A DNA stretch of 31,056 bases. Source: Planctomycetota bacterium (GTDB lineage: Bacteria; Planctomycetota; Planctomycetia; Pirellulales; Lacipirellulaceae). Positions 16,287 to 26,900 of this stretch are shown in pieces; the stretch's first letter is position 1, and each line of letters opens with the position of its first letter. The notes under the pieces are model-generated. The model made no database searches. It was not told the DNA's origin and worked only from the letters and a program-made list of their open reading frames with translations. Location of the stretch: the NCBI GenBank assembly GCA_039190745.1, contig JBCCXZ010000049.1, positions 1 through 31,056 on the forward strand, given 5' to 3'. Made by a program: the position numbers and the translations under genes.

Positions 16287-19200
16287 ATGCCCGAAGACGC
16301 GCCGATTTCGAACAACAGCGATAGCAGCGCGAAGCCATTGGTTCGGGTTATTGCAGAGGAGTGCTTCAACTACGCGGCGTGGCAGAACGCCGTGCCCCTC
16401 TTGCGAGAGGTCATTGTTGAGAACCCCACCGACGATGAATTGTCATCGCTGACGGTCGAGCTGACCCCCTCTCCGTCATTCGCCCGCGGCAAGAGCTGGA
16501 AAGTCGACCGAGTTGGTGCAGGCCAATCGGTCACGCTGCGGGATATCGACTTGGACATCGATGCGGAGTACCTCGACCGCCTCGACGAGGCGGTTCGTGG
16601 CCGTCTCGGCTTTCGGCTTGTGCGGCAAGACGAAACGCTGGCGGAGAGGAAGCACGAGCTGCGTGTGCTGGCCCGCGACGAGTGGGGCGGCATGGGCTCG
16701 ATGGGCGAGCTGCTCCCGGCGTTCGTGACGCCCAACGACCCGGCGCTCGCCCCGCTGCTGAAGTCGGCATCGGAGTCGCTTGAGCGCCACGGGCACCCGG
16801 CTGGCCTCGACGGCTACCAGTCGGGCGACCCCAACCGCTCGTACATGCTCGCGGCCGCGCTCTGGTCGGCGGTCGCCTCCCGGTCGCTGACCTACGCCAA
16901 TCCGCCGAGCAGCTTCGAACAGGTCGGCCAAAAAACACGACGTATCCAAGCGGTGCTCGCGGACGGCTTGGCGACCTGCCTCGATTCGACGCTGCTCTTC
17001 GCTTCTGGGTTGGAGGCGGTTGGGCTTAACCCAGTGCTCGTGATGACCGAGGGGCACTGTTTCGCCGGCGTTTGGCTGGTGGAGAAGACGCTCAAGAAGC
17101 TCAACGAAGCCGACCCAAGCGAGCTTCGGAAAGCGGTCGCAGCGAAAGAGCTCATCGTCTTTGAGACGACGCTGGTGACGCACCGGCCAGCGGCCGGGTT
17201 TCCTGAAGCGATGCAGGCGGCCGAGGCGGCGCTAGGAGAATCGCGCGAACACGAGTTCGTCGGGGCGCTCGACGTGGCCCGCGCACGGATGTCGCAGGTG
17301 CGGCCGCTCGCGTCGCACGGCGAGCGGGCAGAGGGGGAGTCGACCGAGGTCGAGACCGGTCACACCGCGCTGCCGGCGATGCCGAACTACGAGCGACCGA
17401 CGGTTGAGGAACCGGAGCCGGCCCCAACAACCCCGGCGGGACGCATCGATCGTTGGCAACGCAAGCTGCTCGATCTGTCGCTGCGGAATCGGCTGCTGAA
17501 CTTCCGGCCGACCAAGCAGACGGTTCCGGTCGTTTGCCCCGACGTGTCGCGTCTTGAGGACTTGCTCGCCGACGGGACGAAGATGCGACTGGTGTCGCTG
17601 CGCGACGAGAACCAGGTCGGGGAACGCGACAAGGAGCTGCACCAGCAGCGGACGCAGAAGGACTTCGATCTGGAGTTCGCCCGGGAGGCGCTCGCGCGGA
17701 ACGAGGTCGCTTGCCCGGTCGAGGCGCGTGACCTGGAGCTTCGCCTGACGGCTTTGTACCGCAAGGTGAAAAACGACCTGGCCGAGGGAGGTTCCAACAC
17801 CCTTTATTTGGCGGTCGGGTTTCTGCGGTGGAAGCAGCAAGCGACCGACGAGCGGACCTACCGTGCGCCACTGCTGTTAGTGCCCGTGAAGCTGACCCGC
17901 CGCAGCGCATCCTCTCCCTACTACCTGGCGCATCACGAAGACGATGTCCGGTTCAACGCTACCCTGCTGCAGCTGTTGAAGAAGGACTTCGACTGCGACC
18001 TGACCGCGATGGAGTCGGACCTGCCGACCGACGACAGCGGGGTGGATGTCCCGAAGGTGCTCGATCGCATGCGCCGGGCGGTCCGTGACATCCCCGGTTT
18101 TGAGGTGGTGGAGGACGCGGCGGTCGCCTCGTTCTCATTCGCGAAGTACCTGATGTGGAAGGACCTGGTCGAGCGGGTCGGTCAGCTGGAGCGCAACCGG
18201 GTCGTCCGGCACCTAGTGAACGAGCCCGACAAAGCGTTCGAAGCGGGCGGCGACGGCCCGATGCCCCGGCCGCACGAGATGGACACCCGCTACGAGCCAT
18301 CGGAGATCGTCCACCCGCTGCCGGCCGACTCTTCGCAACTGACAGCGGTGATGGCGGCCTCTGAGGGGCACGACATGGTCATCGTCGGGCCGCCCGGGAC
18401 GGGCAAGAGCCAGACGATCGCGAACATCATCGCGCAGTGCCTGGCGGTCGGGAAAACGGTGCTCTTCGTCGCCGAAAAGACGGCCGCCCTCGACGTGGTG
18501 CACCGGCGGTTGAAGGAGCACGGGCTGGGCGACTGCTGCGTCGAGCTGCACTCCAGCAAAGCCGAGCGACGCCGGCTGCTCGATCAGCTCGAAGCCTCTT
18601 GGAAGCGGCGCCAGCGACCCAACAATCAAGAGTGGATTGAGGTCAGCGAGCGGCTCAAGGTGCGCCGTGACGAACTGAACGCCTACGTCGCGGCGGTGCA
18701 CACCGAGCACCCCAACGGGTGGACCGTCTACCGGGCGATGGGCGTCAGTGTGCGTGGGCGCGACACCGAGACGTTTACGCTCGACTGGCCGCGGGCGACA
18801 CGGCATGACCGCGAGGCTTTCGCCGAACTACGACGGTGCGTCGATGGGCTTGCGGGAGCGAGCCGTGCTCTGCCCGACGGCGTGGACCTCGGCCGGCTGG
18901 AGGGGGCCCAGTGGTCGATGGCGTGGGAGACGGAGCTACTAGGGGTTTGTCGGCGGCTGAAGGAGGCCGGCGCCGGCCTCGGCGAGGCGGTCCAGAAGCT
19001 CTCGGGTGAGCTCGGCCTGTCGCTCGCAGGCGACATCTCCTCGTCTCAGCTATCGACGCTCTACCGATTCGCCCACGAGCTGACGCGTCCGTCCCTGCCC
19101 GATGCCGAGCTGGTCCTCCATGAGCAGCTTGACTCGCTGAAGGAGCGACTAGGCGAGCGGGGCGATCTGCTCGCCCGACGTGACGAAGCGAATCGGGAGC

Positions 19201-22200
19201 TGGAGACCGCGCTGAGCGCGTTTGCCGCCGCCCTTGGCGAGCCGGCCGCGGAGGGCGTGACCGAGGCGAGGAAGAAGGCGTACTATCGCCTCGCCAATGA
19301 GCTGGTCCGCCCGGATTCCCCTCCGGCGGCCCTTGTGTTCCATGACGAGTTCTCCGAGCTAGGCGGTCGACTCGCGACACGCGGCGACCTGCTAGTCCGA
19401 CGTCAGGAAGCGTGGGAGGGCGTCGAGGCTCGGGGTTTCAAGTCATCGCTCGTCAAGCGTTTGAAACTCGAAGAGGTGGAGGCGGCGTGGGAGAAGGCTT
19501 GTGGGGCGTTCTGGCCCCTCTCGGTCTTCGCGAAGGGAGGTGTCAAGAAACGGCTCAAGTCTTACCTCGCCGCCGGCTCAGCGGCCGACCCAGAAGTCGA
19601 TCTTCCGCTGCTGCGTGACCACAACGACGCAGTCGCGGCGCTCGATGAGAACCTCGCTGCGCTGCGACTCCCGGCCGAGCTGCAGTCCGCCGTCGATGAG
19701 AACCCCGGGGCGATCGAGGCGGAGCTTCAAGCGGCCGAGCGGATGCGGGAGGTGTTGACGGCTGCCGGACTCAGTCCGTCGGCCGTTGGCCACGCCTGCG
19801 GTGGCGACCTGCAGCCGCTCGCAGCGGCTGCGCGTGGCCTCTATCCCCCCGGTCGTGAAGTGGAGCAGCTCCGCGCAGCGCTCCGCGAGAACCTCGCCTC
19901 GCTCGGAGTCGGCCCCGAGCTCCAGTCTCAGCTCGAAGAAGACGGGGGCGCCCTGGAATCGCAGCTCACGGCCGCCGAGCGGCTGCACGCCGGGGTCGTA
20001 TCGCTTGGTTTACCCGACGAGTCCGTCAGTCGACTGCTGTCTGGTCACAGTGAGCAGCAACGCGGTGTCGCCGCCGGTTACTGCCACTCCGCCAAGGCGT
20101 TCCAGGCCGCGTGGCTCGACTACACGAAGCTCGCTGGGACGACCCCAGTCGCCGCTGAATCGACTGAGGTGTCGTACGAAGCACAGCAGCAGGCCGATCG
20201 GGTGTTGTCGGGGCGCAAGCAACTTAAGACGTGGACAGGTCTGGTGGGGGCACGCAAGGTCGCCGCGGCGCTCGGGCTGGAGTCGATGGCCGCCGCACTC
20301 GCTTCCGGGGAAGTCTTCCCAGAAGACGCGGTCGGTCGCTTCGAGCTAGCGTACGCTCGGTGGTGGCTACCGATTGTGGTCGATGGGTGTGACACGCTGC
20401 GGGCGTTCCAGCGTCACCAGCACGAAGAGGCGGTCGCCGACTTTCGGGAGCTCGACGAGCTTGCTCGCCAGGCGGCGGCTCCCCGCGCGAAGCAGGCGAT
20501 CTATCACGACTTGCCTCCCAGCGATCAGGTGCCGCGCAAGAGTGAGCTGGGGCTGCTTCGCCACCAGATGGGCCTCAAGCGGCCGAGCAAGTCGATCCGG
20601 GAGGTCGTGTCGGGGATGCCGGAGTCGTTCGGCAAGCTCGCCCCCTGTCTGCTGATGTCGCCGTTATCGATCGCCCAGTACCTGCCGGCGGATCAGGCGC
20701 AATTCGACGTCGTGGTCTTCGACGAGGCGTCGCAGATCGCGACGTGGGACGCCATCGGCGCGATTGCCCGCGGTAAGCAGACGATTATCGTGGGCGACCC
20801 GAAGCAGCTGCCCCCCACCAACTTCTTCGGCAAGGCGGACGCGGACGAGGAGAACGAAGAACTCGACGACTACGAGAAGGACCTCGAGAGCATCCTCGAC
20901 GAGGCGCAAGCGTCGGGGCTTCCAACGCTACAGCTCAACTGGCACTACCGCAGCCGGCACGAGTCGCTCATCACGTTCTCGAACTGGAACTACTACGGCA
21001 ACGAGTTGGTGACGTTCCCGGCCGCCGAGTCGGAGGACCGTGGCGTCTCGCTGACGCACGTCGAAGGGGGCGTCTACGACCGGGGCAAGAGCCGCACCAA
21101 CCGGGCCGAAGCCGAAGCGATCGCGGCCGACCTCATCCAAAGAATGAAGCGTTGTCTTACGCGGCCGGAGGACGAACGCCTGACCTACGGCGTGGTGACT
21201 TTCAACAGCCAGCAGCAGTCTCTGATTCAAGACCTGCTCGACGAGGCGCTCCGTGAGACGCCCGCATTGGAATGGTTCTTCGCCGACGACCGCATCGAAC
21301 CAACAGCGGTCAAGAACCTAGAAAACGTCCAGGGGGACGAGCGGGACGTGATGTATTTCTCGATCACGTTCGGCAAAGACACGGCCGGCAAGTTCCCGGT
21401 CGATTTTGGGGCGATCAACCGGGACGGCGGAGAGCGCCGGCTCAACGTGGCGGTGACCCGGGCACGCCAAACCCTCCTGGTGTACGCCTCGTTCCTGCCC
21501 GACGAGCTTCGCGCGGAGCGTTCGCAGGCCCGCGGCGTGCACGACCTAAAGGCCTTCTTGGAGTACGCCCACCGGGGGCCGGTTGCGATCGCCGCGCGGA
21601 CCGAGGGTTCGGTCGGCGGCTACGATTCGCCGTTCGAAGAAGCGGTAGCCGAGGCGCTGTCTAGTCGCGGTTGGCGCCTGGAGCCGCAGGTAGGCGTGTC
21701 GGGTTTTCGGATCGACCTCGGTGTCTTCCACCCCGACCTTCCCGGCGCTTACCTCGCTGGCGTGGAGTGCGACGGCGCGACCTACCACCGCTCAGCCGCG
21801 GCGCGCGACCGCGACAAGACGCGGCAGCTCGTCCTGGAGAATCTGGGATGGACGATCCTGAGAGTCTGGTCGCCCGACTGGTGGTACGACTCCGAGTCGG
21901 CGGTCGAGGCGGTCCACGAGAGCCTCAATAAGTTGCTCACCGCGTCGCGCGCGAACCGATCGGCGGCGACCGAGCCGCCTGAAGCGAGCGATGGTGCTCC
22001 GTCCGAGTCGTCGGTTTCGGTGGCGTCTCCACCCCCAGAGTCAGGCCTTGAGTGGTCCGATTCCGACTCAATCGAGCCACCGCTGGACTTCGCTCAGGCG
22101 ACCAGAGCAGACGACCTCGTCGAGTCGCCAGGGAAGCAGCTTGTCGCTCGCAGTGCGACGGGGGATGAGAAGCGGCAGATTTACGAGACTGCGCAGCTGG

Positions 22201-22691
22201 GCGACGCTTCTGGTCATCAGGGTCGGTTCTACGACGAAGACTACTCGCCCGAGCTTCGGCGCATGGCGCTTGCCGTGGTTGCGGCCGAGGGTCCGGTGCG
22301 AGACGACGTAGTCGCCAAACGCATCGCCCGCGCGCACGGATTCGCCCGGACGGGAGCACGCATCCGAGACCGCGTGCTCGCTCTGATCCCTGAGTTACCC
22401 GCTACCAAGGAAGGCGTGGGACGATTCTTGTGGTCGAGCGATGCGCCGCACGCAACGGTCCCGTTCCGGTATGCGGCGGATGAGGATGAGCGACGGAGCC
22501 TGGATGAGATCCCTACGCCAGAGCTGTTCGGTTTGCTGATCAATCGTCCTGATATAGCAGTAAGCGAGGACCCCGCACTCGCGCTCGCACGAGAGGTGGG
22601 GTTGTCTCGGCTGGCCACGGCGGCTCGCGAGCGACTTGAGTCAGTTATCGAACTCGCCAACAACGTCGACGCGGGGCGGCCGGGGCGTTGA
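16287..22691 (+). CDS. Hhe-like anti-phage protein: DUF4011 + SF1 (UPF1/DNA2-like) helicase + Vsr/DUF559-like nuclease + DUF3320
   Basis: 2134 aa. RWQRKLLDLSLRNRLLN (DUF4011), Walker A GPPGTGKS, LLMSPLSIAQYL, FDEASQ, LNWHYRSRHESLI, VQGDERD, RRLNVAVTRAR. Nuclease SPFEEAV..GFRIDLGV..VECDGATYH. C-terminal VVAAEGPVRDDVVAKRIARAHGFARTGARI (DUF3320). Confidence 0.9.
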   Translation: MPEDAPISNNSDSSAKPLVRVIAEECFNYAAWQNAVPLLREVIVENPTDDELSSLTVELTPSPSFARGKSWKVDRVGAGQSVTLRDIDLDIDAEYLDRLDEAVRGRLGFRLVRQDETLAERKHELRVLARDEWGGMGSMGELLPAFVTPNDPALAPLLKSASESLERHGHPAGLDGYQSGDPNRSYMLAAALWSAVASRSLTYANPPSSFEQVGQKTRRIQAVLADGLATCLDSTLLFASGLEAVGLNPVLVMTEGHCFAGVWLVEKTLKKLNEADPSELRKAVAAKELIVFETTLVTHRPAAGFPEAMQAAEAALGESREHEFVGALDVARARMSQVRPLASHGERAEGESTEVETGHTALPAMPNYERPTVEEPEPAPTTPAGRIDRWQRKLLDLSLRNRLLNFRPTKQTVPVVCPDVSRLEDLLADGTKMRLVSLRDENQVGERDKELHQQRTQKDFDLEFAREALARNEVACPVEARDLELRLTALYRKVKNDLAEGGSNTLYLAVGFLRWKQQATDERTYRAPLLLVPVKLTRRSASSPYYLAHHEDDVRFNATLLQLLKKDFDCDLTAMESDLPTDDSGVDVPKVLDRMRRAVRDIPGFEVVEDAAVASFSFAKYLMWKDLVERVGQLERNRVVRHLVNEPDKAFEAGGDGPMPRPHEMDTRYEPSEIVHPLPADSSQLTAVMAASEGHDMVIVGPPGTGKSQTIANIIAQCLAVGKTVLFVAEKTAALDVVHRRLKEHGLGDCCVELHSSKAERRRLLDQLEASWKRRQRPNNQEWIEVSERLKVRRDELNAYVAAVHTEHPNGWTVYRAMGVSVRGRDTETFTLDWPRATRHDREAFAELRRCVDGLAGASRALPDGVDLGRLEGAQWSMAWETELLGVCRRLKEAGAGLGEAVQKLSGELGLSLAGDISSSQLSTLYRFAHELTRPSLPDAELVLHEQLDSLKERLGERGDLLARRDEANRELETALSAFAAALGEPAAEGVTEARKKAYYRLANELVRPDSPPAALVFHDEFSELGGRLATRGDLLVRRQEAWEGVEARGFKSSLVKRLKLEEVEAAWEKACGAFWPLSVFAKGGVKKRLKSYLAAGSAADPEVDLPLLRDHNDAVAALDENLAALRLPAELQSAVDENPGAIEAELQAAERMREVLTAAGLSPSAVGHACGGDLQPLAAAARGLYPPGREVEQLRAALRENLASLGVGPELQSQLEEDGGALESQLTAAERLHAGVVSLGLPDESVSRLLSGHSEQQRGVAAGYCHSAKAFQAAWLDYTKLAGTTPVAAESTEVSYEAQQQADRVLSGRKQLKTWTGLVGARKVAAALGLESMAAALASGEVFPEDAVGRFELAYARWWLPIVVDGCDTLRAFQRHQHEEAVADFRELDELARQAAAPRAKQAIYHDLPPSDQVPRKSELGLLRHQMGLKRPSKSIREVVSGMPESFGKLAPCLLMSPLSIAQYLPADQAQFDVVVFDEASQIATWDAIGAIARGKQTIIVGDPKQLPPTNFFGKADADEENEELDDYEKDLESILDEAQASGLPTLQLNWHYRSRHESLITFSNWNYYGNELVTFPAAESEDRGVSLTHVEGGVYDRGKSRTNRAEAEAIAADLIQRMKRCLTRPEDERLTYGVVTFNSQQQSLIQDLLDEALRETPALEWFFADDRIEPTAVKNLENVQGDERDVMYFSITFGKDTAGKFPVDFGAINRDGGERRLNVAVTRARQTLLVYASFLPDELRAERSQARGVHDLKAFLEYAHRGPVAIAARTEGSVGGYDSPFEEAVAEALSSRGWRLEPQVGVSGFRIDLGVFHPDLPGAYLAGVECDGATYHRSAAARDRDKTRQLVLENLGWTILRVWSPDWWYDSESAVEAVHESLNKLLTASRANRSAATEPPEASDGAPSESSVSVASPPPESGLEWSDSDSIEPPLDFAQATRADDLVESPGKQLVARSATGDEKRQIYETAQLGDASGHQGRFYDEDYSPELRRMALAVVAAEGPVRDDVVAKRIARAHGFARTGARIRDRVLALIPELPATKEGVGRFLWSSDAPHATVPFRYAADEDERRSLDEIPTPELFGLLINRPDIAVSEDPALALAREVGLSRLATAARERLESVIELANNVDAGRPGR

Positions 22692-22719
22692 AACAGCCAG
22701 AATCCGAGAGCTTCGAACT

Positions 22720-23964
22720 ATGTTCTCCTTCCTTCACGCCGCCGACATCCATCTGGACAGCCCGCTGCGTGGTTTGGACCGGTACGAGGGCGCGCCGGTC
22801 GAAGAGATCCGCCAGGCGACCCGCCGGGCGCTTGAGAATCTGGTTGACCTCGCCATCCGGGAAGCGGTCGACTTCGTGGTGCTCGCTGGTGACTTGTACG
22901 ACGGCGACTGGCCCGACTTTGACACCGGCCTGTTCTTCGTCGGTCAGATGCGCCGCCTCCGTGAAGAGGGCATCCCAGTCTATGGGGTTCTCGGCAACCA
23001 CGACGCGGCCAGCAAGATCACCCGACGGCTGCCGCTGCCCGAGAACGTCAGTTTTTTCCCCACCGCAGCAGCCGAGACACGCCGGGTCGAGGGGCTGGAC
23101 GTCGCCATCCACGGTCAGAGCTTCGCGAGTCAATGCACGACGGACGACCTTGCGAAGGACTACCCCGCGGCGGTCTCCGGGTGTTTCAACCTCGGCGTGC
23201 TGCACACGAGCATGACCGGACGCGAAGGGCACGACAGCTACGCGCCCTGCAGCGAGAGCTGCTTGCGGGATAGCGGCTACGATTATTGGGCGTTGGGCCA
23301 TATCCACCTACGCGAGGTGTTCTCGGACAGCCGCCCGACGATCGCTTACCCCGGCAACCTCCAGGGCCGCCACATCCGCGAAACCGGAGCGAAGGGATGC
23401 CTGTTGGTGCGGGTCGATGACGGCAATGACGTGACCACCGAGTTCCACCCGCTTGATGTGCTGCGGTGGGAAGTCGCTGAAGTGGCGTTGAACGACGCCC
23501 AGAGCGAAACCGAGGTGCTCGATCTGGTGGACCAGACCCTACTTCGACTGCTGGAGGAGGCGGACGGGCGCCTCGTTGCGGCGAGGGTCTTCCTGAACGG
23601 CGTCACGCCGCTTGCGGAAGAGTTGACCGCCAACGCGAAGCAGTGGACAGCGAGCGTCCAAGCGCGAGCGGTCGACATCGGCGGGGGTGGGCTCTGGGTG
23701 GAGAAAGTGATAAGCGATGTGGAGCCGCTTAGTGAGAGCGTCACGGCCGCCGCCGACGACACACCGGTGGCGGAGGTGGTCGCCATTGCCGAGGAGCTGC
23801 TCAGCGAGCCGTCGGCCGGCGAAAGCCTCGGGCTCGACTTCGAGGACATCCAGCGCAAGCTTCCCCCGGAGCTGAGGGAGGCGGTGCGCATCAGCGACGC
23901 CGATTGGTGGCGGGGCGTTCTGCACGACGCGAAGGCCAAACTACTCACGGAGCTGAGGGGGTAA
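22720..23964 (+). CDS. Mre11/SbcD-like (YhaO family) metallophosphoesterase DNA exonuclease
   Basis: Motifs HAADIHLD, AGDLYD, GNHD, LHTS, YWALGHIH, YPGNLQGRH. ATG at 22720, 28 bp after the helicase stop. Confidence 0.93.
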   Translation: MFSFLHAADIHLDSPLRGLDRYEGAPVEEIRQATRRALENLVDLAIREAVDFVVLAGDLYDGDWPDFDTGLFFVGQMRRLREEGIPVYGVLGNHDAASKITRRLPLPENVSFFPTAAAETRRVEGLDVAIHGQSFASQCTTDDLAKDYPAAVSGCFNLGVLHTSMTGREGHDSYAPCSESCLRDSGYDYWALGHIHLREVFSDSRPTIAYPGNLQGRHIRETGAKGCLLVRVDDGNDVTTEFHPLDVLRWEVAEVALNDAQSETEVLDLVDQTLLRLLEEADGRLVAARVFLNGVTPLAEELTANAKQWTASVQARAVDIGGGGLWVEKVISDVEPLSESVTAAADDTPVAEVVAIAEELLSEPSAGESLGLDFEDIQRKLPPELREAVRISDADWWRGVLHDAKAKLLTELRG

Positions 23965-23967
23965 TGC

Positions 23968-26900
23968 GTGCGACTCGAAGAACTTCGCTTGATCGCTTAC
24001 GGCACGTTCAGCGACTGCACGCTTCGGCTGCAGCCGGGTCTGAACGTGCTGTATGGGCCGAACGAAGCGGGGAAGAGTTCCGCCCTGCGGGCTGTGCACG
24101 CGCTGCTGTTCGGCGTTGAAGAACGGACGACCGACAACTTTGTCCACAGCTACCCGCAGCTGCGCGTCGGCGGAGTGCTCGTCGATTCACAGGGGCGTCG
24201 GTTGGAGTGCGTCCGGCGCAAGGGGCGTCGTTCGACGCTACGCGATTGCGACGACGACGAACCGCTCGACGAAGGCGAGCTGCGGGCGATGCTCGGAGGC
24301 GTGAATGAGGAGTTTTTTGCCTCCGTCTTCGGCATCGATCACCAGCGGCTCCGCGAGGGTGGCGAAGAGGTCATTCGTGGCGAGGGCCGAGTGGGAGAGC
24401 TGCTGTTCTCGGCGGGCGGCGTCGCCCATCTGAGAGAGAAGCAAGAGGCGTTGCAGAACGCCGCGGCGGAGCTGTTCAAGCCAACCGGCCGCAACCCCCG
24501 CATTAACGTGGCGTTGTCCGAAGCGCGTTCGCTAGGAGCGGCAGTCCGCGAACTGCAGCAGTCTCCCGAGCAGTGGGCGCGTCACGACGCCGAGTATCGA
24601 AGACTGGAAGCGAAGGAGGGGCAGCTGAGGCGACAGCTCGTCGAGACCGAATCGAAAAAGAAGCGCCTGGAGCGTATTCGTGATGCGAAGGAGTTCGTAG
24701 GAGCGTGGAAGGACAAGCGAGCGCAGTTGTCCGAGCTTGACGCCGTCGTCGTCCTGGCTGAAGACGCCGACCAGCGTTTTCGGGAGGAGAACGAGAAGCG
24801 ATCACTCGCGGCAGCTGCGAAGGCTGCCGCCGAGAAGCGTCTGGGGGAGCTGCAGTCGGACCTTGAGAAGCTCGACGTACCAGCCGAGCTGCTGAGTGAA
24901 GCGACGCGCGTCGACGAGCTGTATCGAAGGCTTGGCAGCCACGAGAAGGCAGCTGAAGACAAGGGCGTGCTGGCGGGTCAGCAGCGCACCGCTCGCAGCG
25001 CCGCGAAGCGGACGGTCGAGAAACTGGGCTGGGAGCTGTCGGTCGAGGACGCTGGGCAGCGTCGGGTTGCAGACGAGAAGAAGGCACGGGTCAGAGCACT
25101 GGCGAGCCGGCACGCCGCAGTGACTCAGGCCAGGAGCCAGCAACAGCAGGCGCTCGGTCGCGCCGAGGCGAAGCTCGTCGAGCTGAAGCAGAGTCTATCA
25201 GCCTCGGAGAAGCCCGATGACCCTGCCTCGTTGCGAGCTGCCATTGCGTCGTCGGCGCCGCCGCTTGAGTTGGAAGCCGGACTTGATGCCCGGCGAGAGG
25301 AAGAAGAACGACTGAAACGTGATGCGGACGATTCGCTTTCGCGGCTGCTGCACTTTAGCGGGACACTCGAAGAAGCTTGCCGGTTGGCGGTCCCCGGTGA
25401 AGAGACGGTCGATGAGTTCGATCAATCGCGGCGCGACCTCGCCAGCGAGGCCGAGACGCTGACCGTACAAGTAGCAGCGAATCGATCCGAACGGGAAGAC
25501 GTCGCCCAGAAGCTGCAGGCTTTGGAGCTGCAGGAATCGGTCCCCACCGAGGAGGAGCTGGCGGTGGCGCGAGCGACCCGCGACAGCGGCGTGCGGCTCG
25601 CCGTAAACGTACTGGCGGGTGAAGATCCGGACTCTAACGCGGTCGAAAACTTCGTTCAAAACGTTACCGAGGGAGAAGACCTCGCGACAGCGCTCGAGCC
25701 CAGCGTACGGCACGCGGACGAGGTTTCAGATCGTCTGCGTCGCGAGGCGAGCCGCGTCGCGGACAAGTCGCAGCTGGTCGCACGCCTCCAGGCACTCGAC
25801 GCAAAGGCGGACCAGCTGAAGACGAAACAGACGGGTTTGGAGCAGCGGCAGAACGCTTGGGACGGCGACTGGAAGAGTCGCTGGGAGGCGTCGGGCATCA
25901 CCCCGATGTCACCGTCGGAGATGCGTGGGTGGTTGCGGCAGCTCGCGGAGTTGGTTGGGTTGTCGACTGGGCTCGCGACGGCTTCCGAACAACTTGAGGG
26001 CGACGCGAGTCGGGTTGAAGCGGCGGTAGTCGATCTCCGCACCGCGCTTGAGCGACAGGGCGTAGACGTGCCTGGCGACGCAACGCTCGCACGGCTGCTC
26101 GAAGCGGCTGAAACGCGACTAGAAGAGGTGACTGAAGAACGCCAGCAGCACGCGGATCTCGAGTCGGATGTCGCCCGGGTCACCGATGAGGTCGAGCAGG
26201 CGAAGCGCGATCTGGAAGCGGCGGAGGGCGCATTGCGCGAGTGGAGTGAAGACTGGGCCAACACAGTCGCACCGCTGTCGCTGGATGCCGACGCCCTACC
26301 CGAGCAGGCCGAGGCAGTGCTGACCAACCTCGACGAGCTGTTCCGCAACCTCGACGCCGCCGCAGGCTTCCGCGCACGGATTTGGGGCATCGACAAGACG
26401 GCGGCCGAGTTTGCCGAAGCGTCGACGGAGATGGCCAGGAAAGTCGCTCCCGACTTAGCGGAGCTTGGAGCGGAAGAGTTGGTGACGACGCTCAAGCAAC
26501 GACTCGACTCCGCCAAACAGATGCGTCAGCAGTACGATTCGTTGACTGAGCAACTGCAAGACGCTCGCGAAGCTGTTGATGAATCCGAGCAAGACCTCTC
26601 TAGTAGCACGGCGGTTCTGGAAGCGATGGTCACGGAGGCCGCCTGCGATGGCGTTGACAGCTTGCGGTCCGCGATCGAGGCGTCGCGCAGAAGAGTAACG
26701 CTTGTGAACGACGTCGACGAGCGTGAAAGGGAACTCACGTTGTTGTGCGCAGGCAAGTCACTCGCGGACTTCGTCGTGGACGTTGAGCAAGAGGACGCCG
26801 ATCGGCTCCCAATTCAGATCGAAGAACTCGGCAAAGAGGTTGGAGGCCTCCGTGGCGAACTTGAAGAGACGATCGCCGCACGGCAGCGGGAGGCGTCGGA

